Virus record (IMG/VR): IMGVR_UViG_3300020220_000067
Span: 1-55,342 of that record
Direction: 5' to 3' (one strand)
DNA from: a virus
Lineage: Duplodnaviria > Caudoviricetes
Length of the DNA stretch: 55,342 nt
The notes under the pieces were generated by a model. The model saw nothing but the letters and a program-made list of their open reading frames with translations. It did no database searches and was not told the DNA's origin. Position numbers and translations under genes: made by a program. Below, piece by piece: positions 46,577-55,330 of this stretch. Positions within the stretch are counted from its first letter, which is position 1, and every line of letters starts with the position of its first letter.

Positions 46577-47290
46577 ATGAAAGACACAAGTATTGGAATA
46601 ATTATGACAACATATCAAAGGGAAGATGGTAAATCCCCCAATTATTTAAAAGTTTCTTTAGACAGTATTTTTTCACAAACATATAAAAATTTCAAGTTGT
46701 TTTTAATTGGTGACAAATATGAAAATGAATCCGAATTAAAATCAATTTTGAAAAATTATGATGGTTCTAAAATATACTTTGAGAATTTACCTTACGCTAA
46801 AGAAAGAGATAAATATTCAGGAGAAACCTTATGGTTTAGTGGGGGAATCAACGCTATGAACCATGGTATAGACGTTGCTTTATCTCAAAATTTTGAATAC
46901 CTTTGCCATTTAGATCACGATGATTTTTGGCACGACAATCATTTAGAAGTATTAAATAAATGTATACATGAAACCAAATCAGATTGGATCTGTACAAAAT
47001 CTTCGTACAAAGTAAACAGAATACTACCTAAAACAGATGACAAAACACATTATGTTAATTTTTTACCACAAAAGTTTAAAATCATACATTCATCAACTTG
47101 TATTAATTTTAAAAAAATACCTCTTAGATATGTAAATTTATTTGAGGAAAAAAATGAATTGGCGTCATCAGATGCAGATTTATGGGAAAGATGTAGAGAT
47201 TACATTGAAAAATACAAATTAAAGAGTACCTTAGTTAATGTTTTAACTTGTAGACACGATGAAGAGGGTTACGAAAGATTTAAAAATTAA
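46577..47290 (+). CDS. Glycosyltransferase family 2
   Basis: IIMTTYQR, SQTY, HLDHDD and DADLW motifs. Confidence 0.85.
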   Translation: MKDTSIGIIMTTYQREDGKSPNYLKVSLDSIFSQTYKNFKLFLIGDKYENESELKSILKNYDGSKIYFENLPYAKERDKYSGETLWFSGGINAMNHGIDVALSQNFEYLCHLDHDDFWHDNHLEVLNKCIHETKSDWICTKSSYKVNRILPKTDDKTHYVNFLPQKFKIIHSSTCINFKKIPLRYVNLFEEKNELASSDADLWERCRDYIEKYKLKSTLVNVLTCRHDEEGYERFKN

Positions 47291-47871
47291 TTGTGTACAA
47301 ACAATATTTTGTTAATTTTGTAAGAAGTTATTCCTAAATCTAAAATTGATTTAAAATATTTCCAATCAGCGGCAAAATCTTTGTTTTTAAATCCTACCTT
47401 TTTGGCTATTTTAGTTCTTACAACGGCACCTCCCATATCAATTCTACTACTTTGTAACTTGGTATCCATAAATCCATAATCGGATGAATTATGATTGATT
47501 GGTGTTTTATGTGAATGAACACAATCAAAATAGATTAAATCTTCGGACCTTTTTAAAACTTCACTAACCATGTTAGGTGTGTAGTAATTATCACCATTAG
47601 TTAAAATTACATATTCAGAAGTTGCTAAATTTTCTAAACCCCAATCCCTTAGTACATGACCATAATGTTCAGTTCTCAATGGATGTTCTATGAAAATTAT
47701 TTTATCTTTTTGAAGATACCCATTATCGATCAAATCTTTTTTTAGGTTTTCATTAGGACCATCATGAATTATAAACAACTTCCAAGAATCATTATATTGA
47801 GCCTTGATAGAATTTATGAAACATTTAAGTTGATAATTTTGACCATAAGTAACTGCAATTATATCTATCAT
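47287..47871 (-). CDS. Glycosyltransferase family 2-like
   Basis: IIHDG, TNGDNYY and ADW motifs. Confidence 0.75.
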   Translation of the reverse strand: MIDIIAVTYGQNYQLKCFINSIKAQYNDSWKLFIIHDGPNENLKKDLIDNGYLQKDKIIFIEHPLRTEHYGHVLRDWGLENLATSEYVILTNGDNYYTPNMVSEVLKRSEDLIYFDCVHSHKTPINHNSSDYGFMDTKLQSSRIDMGGAVVRTKIAKKVGFKNKDFAADWKYFKSILDLGITSYKINKILFVHN

Positions 47872-47877
47872 TTTCTT

Positions 47878-48558
47878 TTAATTTACTGTCCACCTTTTAG
47901 GGTGTTTTATTTTTGGGTTTAAAAATTTATTATCGTAGATTGATCTACCAATTTTTATTTGATCTATTTTAGTATCAGTCGCCCAAGATGAAAATACTTG
48001 AGAAAGTTGGTCTCTTCCACTATGATTTTTAACTTCCTCCCACCATTTTTCATTGAACGCTTTAACTTGGATTGAATTTTTTCTAATTGTAAATCCGCTG
48101 TCAAATAAACCATAATTTGAGGGAAACCCAATATTTTTATATTTTATCATTTGCTGATCAACTATAGATTTGTGATCCAATTTGTCCTTTATTATTACTT
48201 TTGCCTCTTCATAGATGCAATTTCTAACATCATGTTTATAACACATTATGGAATTGTTAAATGATATTTCATTTATAACATTGTTGGCATTATTGAATCT
48301 TGTTCGATAACAATTATCAACCCAAATGCTTATATCATGTTCAGGAAGAACTAAGTGAGGATTTATTTTGATAAATCTTGCAATTTTTCGATTGTCCAAA
48401 TCTTTTTCTACAAAATCAACATGATTAACCTCCCAAACATCAGACCTAAAATATTTGTTATCAGTAAATAAAATGTAACGAATGTTTGGGTCAACTGCAG
48501 TTGGTGAGTTCAGATTATCATATCCGCCGGTATTAACACTATAGACAACAATTTTCAT
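47878..48558 (-). CDS. DUF616 (TOD1/MUCI70) glycosyltransferase-like protein
   Basis: VYS..GGYD, FTD, K..PH, SIWVD, H..RNCIYEEA and RDQLS motifs. Confidence 0.8.
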   Translation of the reverse strand: MKIVVYSVNTGGYDNLNSPTAVDPNIRYILFTDNKYFRSDVWEVNHVDFVEKDLDNRKIARFIKINPHLVLPEHDISIWVDNCYRTRFNNANNVINEISFNNSIMCYKHDVRNCIYEEAKVIIKDKLDHKSIVDQQMIKYKNIGFPSNYGLFDSGFTIRKNSIQVKAFNEKWWEEVKNHSGRDQLSQVFSSWATDTKIDQIKIGRSIYDNKFLNPKIKHPKRWTVN

Positions 48559-49313
48559 TTATAATAATTGTCAATAATGTTTATTTTAGTTTTGATCATG
48601 TCAGTAAAGTGTTGCTCAATAATTTTAAAATTATTTGTGGTTCTAAATTCTTGCCATTGTGATTTCCAATTTTTCATACCCCAATTAAGTTTTCCTTCTG
48701 GTTCACGGTTCAAGGAAACGTGAATACCATGTACTGGCCTGAAAGTTTCCTCAAAATTAAAATTTGGAAATCTTTTTTTAACTAATTCATATAAAAAAAC
48801 TTCATCGTGCATTAAAAACCCATTTTGACATAAATCTAAATATTTTGGAACGGGGTAGTAATTCTCGTAAGGGGTAAAATGAAGTCCCGATAAACGATTG
48901 GATTTTGGTCTTACAATATTCGAGTATGGTAATTTAGTTTTAACCATATTTTGAATGTGTATTTCATGTAAATTTTTTTGTAACGTAATTATGTCTACAT
49001 CAGAAATATAGACATATTTTGTTTTCATTACTGGGGTATTGAAAAATCTTATCGTGTTTGATAGACAATTAAAATTTTGATTTGACACTTTTTGATTACC
49101 AAATTTGACATTATAAATCAGAAATTTATTAGGATACATTTCTTTCAATAATGACAAAGATTTTTTTGTTTTCTTATAATTTTTGTCATCGACACCGATT
49201 TCTACAAAACATGAGTCGTTATAGTGTATATTGGATAAAATAAATAATGGTGTGAAATCTTTATAGATACCATCGCAACAAGTATATATATTTAAAATAT
49301 TTTCCATAGTCAA
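48555..49313 (-). CDS. Putative GT-A glycosyltransferase-like protein
   Basis: YVYISDVD (DxD), DE..L; cluster context. Confidence 0.5.
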   Translation of the reverse strand: MTMENILNIYTCCDGIYKDFTPLFILSNIHYNDSCFVEIGVDDKNYKKTKKSLSLLKEMYPNKFLIYNVKFGNQKVSNQNFNCLSNTIRFFNTPVMKTKYVYISDVDIITLQKNLHEIHIQNMVKTKLPYSNIVRPKSNRLSGLHFTPYENYYPVPKYLDLCQNGFLMHDEVFLYELVKKRFPNFNFEETFRPVHGIHVSLNREPEGKLNWGMKNWKSQWQEFRTTNNFKIIEQHFTDMIKTKINIIDNYYK

Positions 49314-50041
49314 TCAATTATACTTGTTTTATTTGTTCTTATAAAGTCAAAACCTTTATCAGCCCATTTGATTCTATTAATTGGACTCTTCAAAAAATGA
49401 GTTACTAATGTAGGGATATAATCATATTCACAAATAGGTATATGATCTTCTAAAGAATTAAATTTTTGGTCCCCGACTTTTTCAGTTATAACAAATGACT
49501 TATTAGATAATAGAGGCGATAACCTAATCCAATCTGGCTCAAATCTATTATCATAACAAGAAATGTTCAAAATTATTTTACTGTTGTTAATATGTTTCCA
49601 CAAATCAGGCCCTACAACAGGTGGTGACGTGTGTAAAATTAATTTATTACAATTTATTTTATCTAATATTTTTTTTCTCCTATCACTCAAAACACCATAA
49701 AAAAAAACATCAATTTCTTTTGACTCTTCACTTTGTAATCTATAAACGTCGCTGTAACCAAAATTTAAGTTCTTGGAAAAATCATAAATTTTGCTCGCAT
49801 TGTCTAAAAAGTTTTTGTACTCAGGATATCTTGAAATGGTTTTGTCCATAAGTTCAGTTTGTATTACAATGTAAGGTTGTGAAATACTTTTATAGAAACC
49901 AGATAAAAAAGACGTAAAAAATAAAACCCAAGTTCCTTTGTCAGATGGAATACTTGACTCAATCGATGGTTGATTTAATGCTTCTTTAACCACTTGTGAA
50001 ATTGTATTGAAGTACCCTCCTTGTCTGTGAAAAATTAACAT
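49310..50041 (-). CDS. Glycosyltransferase-like protein (CgeB/GT-B type)
   Basis: IDVFFYG...RR, SKIILNI and R...LL...FVITE motifs. Confidence 0.65.
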   Translation of the reverse strand: MLIFHRQGGYFNTISQVVKEALNQPSIESSIPSDKGTWVLFFTSFLSGFYKSISQPYIVIQTELMDKTISRYPEYKNFLDNASKIYDFSKNLNFGYSDVYRLQSEESKEIDVFFYGVLSDRRKKILDKINCNKLILHTSPPVVGPDLWKHINNSKIILNISCYDNRFEPDWIRLSPLLSNKSFVITEKVGDQKFNSLEDHIPICEYDYIPTLVTHFLKSPINRIKWADKGFDFIRTNKTSIID

Positions 50042-50601
50042 TACTTTAAATGATTTATATTTCTAATATTTCCTCCTCTATACCAATGTTGTACATAGAT
50101 TCCCTTCATTAAACCGACTTTCAGTCCTGAATTTTTAAATTTTGTGTGAATGTCGTTATCAACCCCTAACATTCCTGATTCTTTAAAACCACCAACTTTT
50201 TGCCACGCTTTTTTATTAATCAAAATTAAAACTCCACTAAGTAACTGAAGATTTGTAATATCTATTACTGATGTTTTATGGGTATTCCAAATATTTTCAC
50301 CAAATTCTCTATGATATTTATGATCATCAGAAGTTTGATTAACCCCTTGGGCAATTTGATATGGACATCCTATTCTATTTGTCACACAAGTGAACATAGA
50401 AAAATTATAATTATTAACAATAACTTCCTCTAACCGTTTTCCAAAAAAAGAACTTGTGTGAACTGCATCGCCATCTAAAAAACAAACCCAATCATCGTCA
50501 TCAACTAAGTTTAAAATTTTGTTATATGAAACTCCTATATTTTTGTTAGAGTCCCATGGAATGTAATGGTGAACAGAAAATTTTGGGATTGTAAAATTCA
50601 T
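50041..50601 (-). CDS. Glycosyltransferase family 2-like
   Basis: CFLDGD, VGGF and VDND motifs. Confidence 0.7.
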   Translation of the reverse strand: MNFTIPKFSVHHYIPWDSNKNIGVSYNKILNLVDDDDWVCFLDGDAVHTSSFFGKRLEEVIVNNYNFSMFTCVTNRIGCPYQIAQGVNQTSDDHKYHREFGENIWNTHKTSVIDITNLQLLSGVLILINKKAWQKVGGFKESGMLGVDNDIHTKFKNSGLKVGLMKGIYVQHWYRGGNIRNINHLK

Positions 50602-50681
50602 TACTATAAATACAAATTTAAAAAAAATTTATTAAAAAAAGTTTTGTTATTATTTATAGTTATAATTATAATTAAACTGAG

Positions 50682-51977
50682 ATGAAACTAAATGTTGTTT
50701 GTATTTTTGAAAACTCTGAAAGTACTATAAAAGAGTGTGTCGCTTCTATCAAAAATCAATATTTTAGTGACTATAAGGTAACATTAATTGATAATAATTC
50801 CTCTGATTTAAGTTATGATATTGTTCATAATTTAATAAAAGATGATAAGAGATTTAAACTTATAAAAAATAATGTTAAAAAATTTTATGCATCTAATATT
50901 ATTGAGAATTTTTCTAAATCAAAAAAATTAAATTGGTCAGACGTTATATTGGAAATAAATCCTGACGAAAAACTTGTAGATAATAATGTTTTTGGTCTAA
51001 TTACAAAAATATTCAACAACGAAAACAATTGGATTTTAATAGATTCTAAAAACAAAAATAACTTGACAGAGTTGCGATCATCTATTGATAATAACATAGA
51101 TAATATTCAAAAATTGAAAATTTTCAAATCATTTTTACTTTGGTCGGTACAAGTTAATCAAAATTCAATTTTAAAATCCGAAAAAATAAATAATCAAAAT
51201 TTGAGTTACGCATTACCTATTTTGGAAATGTCAGACAACAGTCATATTGTTTCTTATCTTGACCTATTTGTGAAAGTTGGAGAACCAAAAATTAAAACTA
51301 CAAGTTATAATTTGGATGAAATAAAAAATATTGTCAAAGAAATACCTCAACACAATAAGATAAATCTCATACAAAATACAATTTTTAGAAGTAGTTCATT
51401 ATCGTCTTACCACGACCCTTTTATCAACTTAGACATTAAAAAAAAGTCCATACTTCCCAATATCCAAGACCAAAAAATAAATTTATCTCAAGAAAAGTCG
51501 AAAGACCCCCAAATTATTGAAGAAAAAATAGATTTAAAAAAAATTATTGTACCAACAAATTTGAATCATCTTTTGGATAATAAAATTGTAAAACCAAGAA
51601 CTGAGGACGCAGTAGAACCTACCAAAAACATAATCAACACAACACCAACAAAAGTAATTAAACCAACTTTAAAAAATGATAATTCAATTGTCCAAAAAAT
51701 AATAAACAAAAAAATTATTCAAGAAAAAAAGCCCCAACCAAAGATTGAACAAAATCAACCGACAAAAAAAATAAATCAAATTGATTACAACAATATAAAT
51801 TTATTATTTCAAAAGTCGCATCCACAAAAATCAGAAAAATTTCCAATCATAAAAAAAGAAACAAACAAAAGGAATGAAGTTTTTGAAATTAAACAAAGAC
51901 AAGTTCATCGAGAGATCAAATTACCAAAACCAAATTTATCTGAAACAAAACCTAAAGCCAATATCAAGATTCATTGA
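50682..51977 (+). CDS. Degenerate GT2-like N-terminal domain with long K/I/N/P-rich tail
   Basis: N...TIKEC..SI..Q, IDNNSSD; DxD motif lost. Confidence 0.6.
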   Translation: MKLNVVCIFENSESTIKECVASIKNQYFSDYKVTLIDNNSSDLSYDIVHNLIKDDKRFKLIKNNVKKFYASNIIENFSKSKKLNWSDVILEINPDEKLVDNNVFGLITKIFNNENNWILIDSKNKNNLTELRSSIDNNIDNIQKLKIFKSFLLWSVQVNQNSILKSEKINNQNLSYALPILEMSDNSHIVSYLDLFVKVGEPKIKTTSYNLDEIKNIVKEIPQHNKINLIQNTIFRSSSLSSYHDPFINLDIKKKSILPNIQDQKINLSQEKSKDPQIIEEKIDLKKIIVPTNLNHLLDNKIVKPRTEDAVEPTKNIINTTPTKVIKPTLKNDNSIVQKIINKKIIQEKKPQPKIEQNQPTKKINQIDYNNINLLFQKSHPQKSEKFPIIKKETNKRNEVFEIKQRQVHREIKLPKPNLSETKPKANIKIH

Positions 51978-52008
51978 TTATTATAAATATAATTTTTATA
52001 TTTGTAAT

Positions 52009-52185
52009 ATGTATGTGATAATCAAACACGTAAAGACAAAAGATAATAGAATTTTTCCTGTAATTATGTTGGATTCACATGGTGAGGTTTTAGAATTCGA
52101 GAAAAAAGAAGATGCTGATGAATTATCAAAAATTTTAAACGTGAATACAGATTCAGGTCATAGATACGAAGTAAAAAAGGTTTAA
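52009..52185 (+). CDS. 58-aa hypothetical protein with host-type promoter
   Basis: TATATTTG at 51997-52004, 4 nt before ATG 52009. Confidence 0.65.
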   Translation: MYVIIKHVKTKDNRIFPVIMLDSHGEVLEFEKKEDADELSKILNVNTDSGHRYEVKKV

Positions 52186-52192
52186 ATAATAT

Positions 52193-52264
52193 GGTTCCGT
52201 GGTGAAAGGGATATCACAGTAGATTTCTAATCTTCTATTCCTGGTTCGAATCCAGGCGGGACTA
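52193..52264 (+). tRNA. trnR-TCT: tRNA-Arg (anticodon TCT)
   Basis: Acceptor GGTTCCG/CGGGACT; anticodon loop TTTCTAA; T-arm CCTGG-TTCGAAT-CCAGG; no encoded CCA. Confidence 0.9.
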
Positions 52265-52781
52265 CTACCTTTCCATGTATTTCTCTATGACAATTAGAAC
52301 ACACCAAAATACATTTATCTAATTCCAATTTCACTTTATCATCAAAAGTGTATTTTTTCATATGTGCTAAATTAAAGTCCTTTTCTTTAGGGTTTAGGTG
52401 ATGGAATTCTAAAGCTCCCATATATTTTTTATAACCACATATCATACAAGAACCACCTTTATAATCAACCATTTCCCTTTTAAGTTTCTGCATACGACTC
52501 AAAGTTTGTTCTGAAGTACAAATTTTACAATAAGTTGATGAATGTTCAACCCCCCTTCGTTTATAAAATTCCGTAGAAGGTAAAATCTTTTTACATTTAG
52601 GACACGACCTTTCTGAACCAATTTCTTTTTTTTCTAAATACTTAAATTGTAAATGGGAAGATTTAAGTTCATACTTTTTTACCCAATACCTCACAGTAGT
52701 TAAGGATTTACCAGTTTCTTTACTTATTTGATTCAATGACATCCCTTCATTAATCATTTTTTCTATTTCTTCTTTTTTCAT
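52227..52781 (-). CDS. HNH homing endonuclease with N-terminal HTH and zinc ribbon
   Basis: SLNQISKETGKSLTTVRYW HTH; CxxC pairs; LEFHH...CILVCSNCHREIH. Confidence 0.85.
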   Translation of the reverse strand: MKKEEIEKMINEGMSLNQISKETGKSLTTVRYWVKKYELKSSHLQFKYLEKKEIGSERSCPKCKKILPSTEFYKRRGVEHSSTYCKICTSEQTLSRMQKLKREMVDYKGGSCMICGYKKYMGALEFHHLNPKEKDFNLAHMKKYTFDDKVKLELDKCILVCSNCHREIHGKVVVPPGFEPGIED

Positions 52782-52862
52782 AGTATAGTGGATTTATATA
52801 TATAAATATCCAACTAAACTAAAAAAGTTGATTTAAAACTAAAATATATTTATATTAGTATT

Positions 52863-52958
52863 ATGGAAGATATACACCAACAGATCCACGAGGAGTTTAT
52901 TAACTCAGAAGATTATGAAAAATTTTTGTACGAATTAAATCAATATGGCTTGATTTAA
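52863..52958 (+). CDS. 31-aa acidic peptide
   Basis: MEDIHQQIHEEFINSEDYEKFLYEL...; TATTTAT upstream. Confidence 0.45.
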   Translation: MEDIHQQIHEEFINSEDYEKFLYELNQYGLI

Positions 52959-52969
52959 ATTTTTTTTTG

Positions 52970-52977
52970 TATCTTTG
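52970..52977 (+). promoter_or_regulatory. Bacteroidota -7 promoter element TATCTTTG
   Basis: 4 nt before ATG 52982; similar elements at 53487 and 55171. Confidence 0.7.
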
Positions 52978-52981
52978 TAGT

Positions 52982-53479
52982 ATGAAAAACGAATTACCAT
53001 ACGAAAAAACAGGAAACGCGATTAAGGGATATACTGAATCTTCAATTGCCAGAAGTGAAACAAATGATTGTGTTGTTAGGGCTTTCGCATCATCTTTTGA
53101 AGTTTCATACGATTACGCTCACAGGTATGTTGCCGATGAATTTGGAAGAAAACCAAGAAAAGGAACTTATGGGACTATAAAAACTCTTGTTAAGATGTCC
53201 GACAGTTTAATAAAAGTGAATGGTAAGAAAATCTGTCCTCTTGGGGTAAGACACAATGATCATTTATTAAAATCATTAATGTATGATGTTACTGTTAAAG
53301 GTGTAACTAAAAAAAGAAACATGACCGTAGGTACTTTTGTTAAACAAAACCCAAAGGGAACTTTCTTTGTACTTGTTAGACAACATGCCTTTACAATCAA
53401 AGATGGTGTTGTTATTGGGAATCCTGAAGACGCAACAAAAACAAAACGACCTATGAGATGTGCCTTTGAAATCAAATAA
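52982..53479 (+). CDS. Hypothetical protein with DCVVRA...H motif (possible Cys-His hydrolase fold)
   Basis: NDCVVRAFA...VRQHAFTIKDG; start ATG 52982. Confidence 0.65.
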   Translation: MKNELPYEKTGNAIKGYTESSIARSETNDCVVRAFASSFEVSYDYAHRYVADEFGRKPRKGTYGTIKTLVKMSDSLIKVNGKKICPLGVRHNDHLLKSLMYDVTVKGVTKKRNMTVGTFVKQNPKGTFFVLVRQHAFTIKDGVVIGNPEDATKTKRPMRCAFEIK

Positions 53480-53523
53480 AAATTTATATATTTGTAATTA
53501 ACATTTAATACGGAATTTACCAA

Positions 53524-54096
53524 ATGAAAACCATATTTCTTTTTTTATACTCATTAATTTTTTTCAGTTGTTTTTCACAAGTAGTGAATTATAATAATTT
53601 TGACTCAAAACTTTTTGATCAATTACTTGTTGACAAAATCAACAATTATCGGGTATCAATAGGTTTGAAATCTTTGTTTGTATCTCAAACATTGAAAAAC
53701 TATACTTCTGAAAAAACCGCAACTCAATGTGCCAAAACTGAATTTGCGAGTCATATTAAATTTAGTAATGTTAATGACAGCGTTAATAAAAAGTTATATG
53801 AAGAACTATACAATTTTACTAATGGATCGTGCGGGGTAAAAACACCATCAAATTTATTTATTAATGAAGGTATTGGTGAAATCATCTCAGTAAAAAAAAT
53901 TAACAATGTAACTTATGAACAATTGGCAACCATTACACTAAAAAGTTGGTTAGATTCTCCAGGACATAAAAAAGTAATTGAATCTCAATTTACAGATATA
54001 AGTTTAAACTTCGGTTTGATAAGTTGTTCCTCAAAGGTCTCAAAAACAAATATTGTATATACAAGTTGTAATTTTGTTGCAATATCAAATTATTAA
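53524..54096 (+). CDS. Secreted CAP/SCP domain protein
   Basis: Signal peptide; INNYR, GEI and WLDSPGHKK motifs. Confidence 0.8.
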   Translation: MKTIFLFLYSLIFFSCFSQVVNYNNFDSKLFDQLLVDKINNYRVSIGLKSLFVSQTLKNYTSEKTATQCAKTEFASHIKFSNVNDSVNKKLYEELYNFTNGSCGVKTPSNLFINEGIGEIISVKKINNVTYEQLATITLKSWLDSPGHKKVIESQFTDISLNFGLISCSSKVSKTNIVYTSCNFVAISNY

Positions 54097-55130
54097 TAAG
54101 GTGCAACGTACTTAGAATATCTTTGGCCACCAGTTACAGTATTTCCTTCAGAAATTCCCATCATGTATTTTAAAACAACATCATCTTTTGAAACATTGGA
54201 TTGAGGAGGAAAATTTTTATCAATAACTTTTGTGTTGTTATATTGTTGTCTTGTGATTTTTGATATTTTTGAACCATCATTAGTCCAATAAAAATTCCAT
54301 CTTGCTAATGGCTCTGTATATGTATTCTTTAAAACATTTGGGTTCCACTTTATTTCAAAAGCCGCTAATTTATTTTTATTATTTCTAGTTGACTGTGGGC
54401 ATTGAACATCATAAAAATCAGGAGTTGCTGGTTTACCCTGTGAATTTGTACCATCACAAAAATATGTTCCAGTTGAAACCATATTTGCGGTTATTTCTGT
54501 AAAATTTTGAACGGAGTTAAGATCGTTTAGTTCGTCTTTTGACTTTAGTGAAATTTGACAATTTATAAACTGACCTGTATTGGGGTATAAAGATGTATCT
54601 CTATCTTTATCATTTTTACCTCCAGTATTTACCACAAATGATTGTGTCATCACTCTAGTTAAATTCGGATCTTTGAAAACTTTAAAAGGTTTTAGTTTTT
54701 CAAAAAGTTTAGTTTCAAAAACTTTTGCTCTATTAAGTGATAAATCCAAGTTTTTCTGATATAAAACTGTTTCGGATGGTGTGACTTTTGTGTATAAATC
54801 ATTTTCCAAATTATATCCTGTCGCTTTACCTCCCCAAGAATTACTGGCTCCTGACCCAACTCTTATAAAAGAACAATAAATACCATTGGCACTTGCTCTT
54901 AATTTTCCAGCTTCTGCATTTGCATCTATTTTAGCAACTAAATTTTTTACATAATCATCAATAAAAGTTGATGGGTCTGTACCTCCAGCAGGATATGTAC
55001 TTGTCGCTCTATAATTAATCGAGAATGATTCAGTAATTATATTCTTATGTTCGAAATTAATATCCAACTCGTTAAGATATAAATTTAAAATACGTTTTTT
55101 TTCTTCTTCGCTGATAATAAATCTTTTCAT
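54093..55130 (-). CDS. Class D leader protein with a divergent OmpA-like segment
   Basis: MKRFIISEEEKKRILNL...LNE...ITE; GAS...NLDLSLNRA. Confidence 0.6.
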   Translation of the reverse strand: MKRFIISEEEKKRILNLYLNELDINFEHKNIITESFSINYRATSTYPAGGTDPSTFIDDYVKNLVAKIDANAEAGKLRASANGIYCSFIRVGSGASNSWGGKATGYNLENDLYTKVTPSETVLYQKNLDLSLNRAKVFETKLFEKLKPFKVFKDPNLTRVMTQSFVVNTGGKNDKDRDTSLYPNTGQFINCQISLKSKDELNDLNSVQNFTEITANMVSTGTYFCDGTNSQGKPATPDFYDVQCPQSTRNNKNKLAAFEIKWNPNVLKNTYTEPLARWNFYWTNDGSKISKITRQQYNNTKVIDKNFPPQSNVSKDDVVLKYMMGISEGNTVTGGQRYSKYVAPY

Positions 55131-55225
55131 AAATTTTTTATATAAATATTTCCCAATAAAAAAAAATTTGTATCTTTGTACAAGAAATTAAAACTTTTTA
55201 GAAAAACGATATAAATATAATAGAA

Positions 55226-55330
55226 ATGAAAAATACACTCAAACATATGGTCAATTGTCTACCGAGCAATCAGTGGTCGTTTAGCTATATTACGCGTAAA
55301 CAGTCGAGGGTATTTTCACTTATGAGTTAA
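55226..55330 (+). CDS. Possible 34-aa peptide
   Basis: MKNTLKHMVNCLPSNQWSF...; TATCTTTG promoter at 55171. Confidence 0.3.
   Translation: MKNTLKHMVNCLPSNQWSFSYITRKQSRVFSLMS

Noticed and set aside
5183-53523. Numerous short antisense or overlapping ORFs in the track (e.g. 5183, 7761, 8421, 9194, 15747, 22498, 27768, 31416, 38710, 49621, 53260)
   Set aside because: They overlap better-supported genes and lack start-context motifs.
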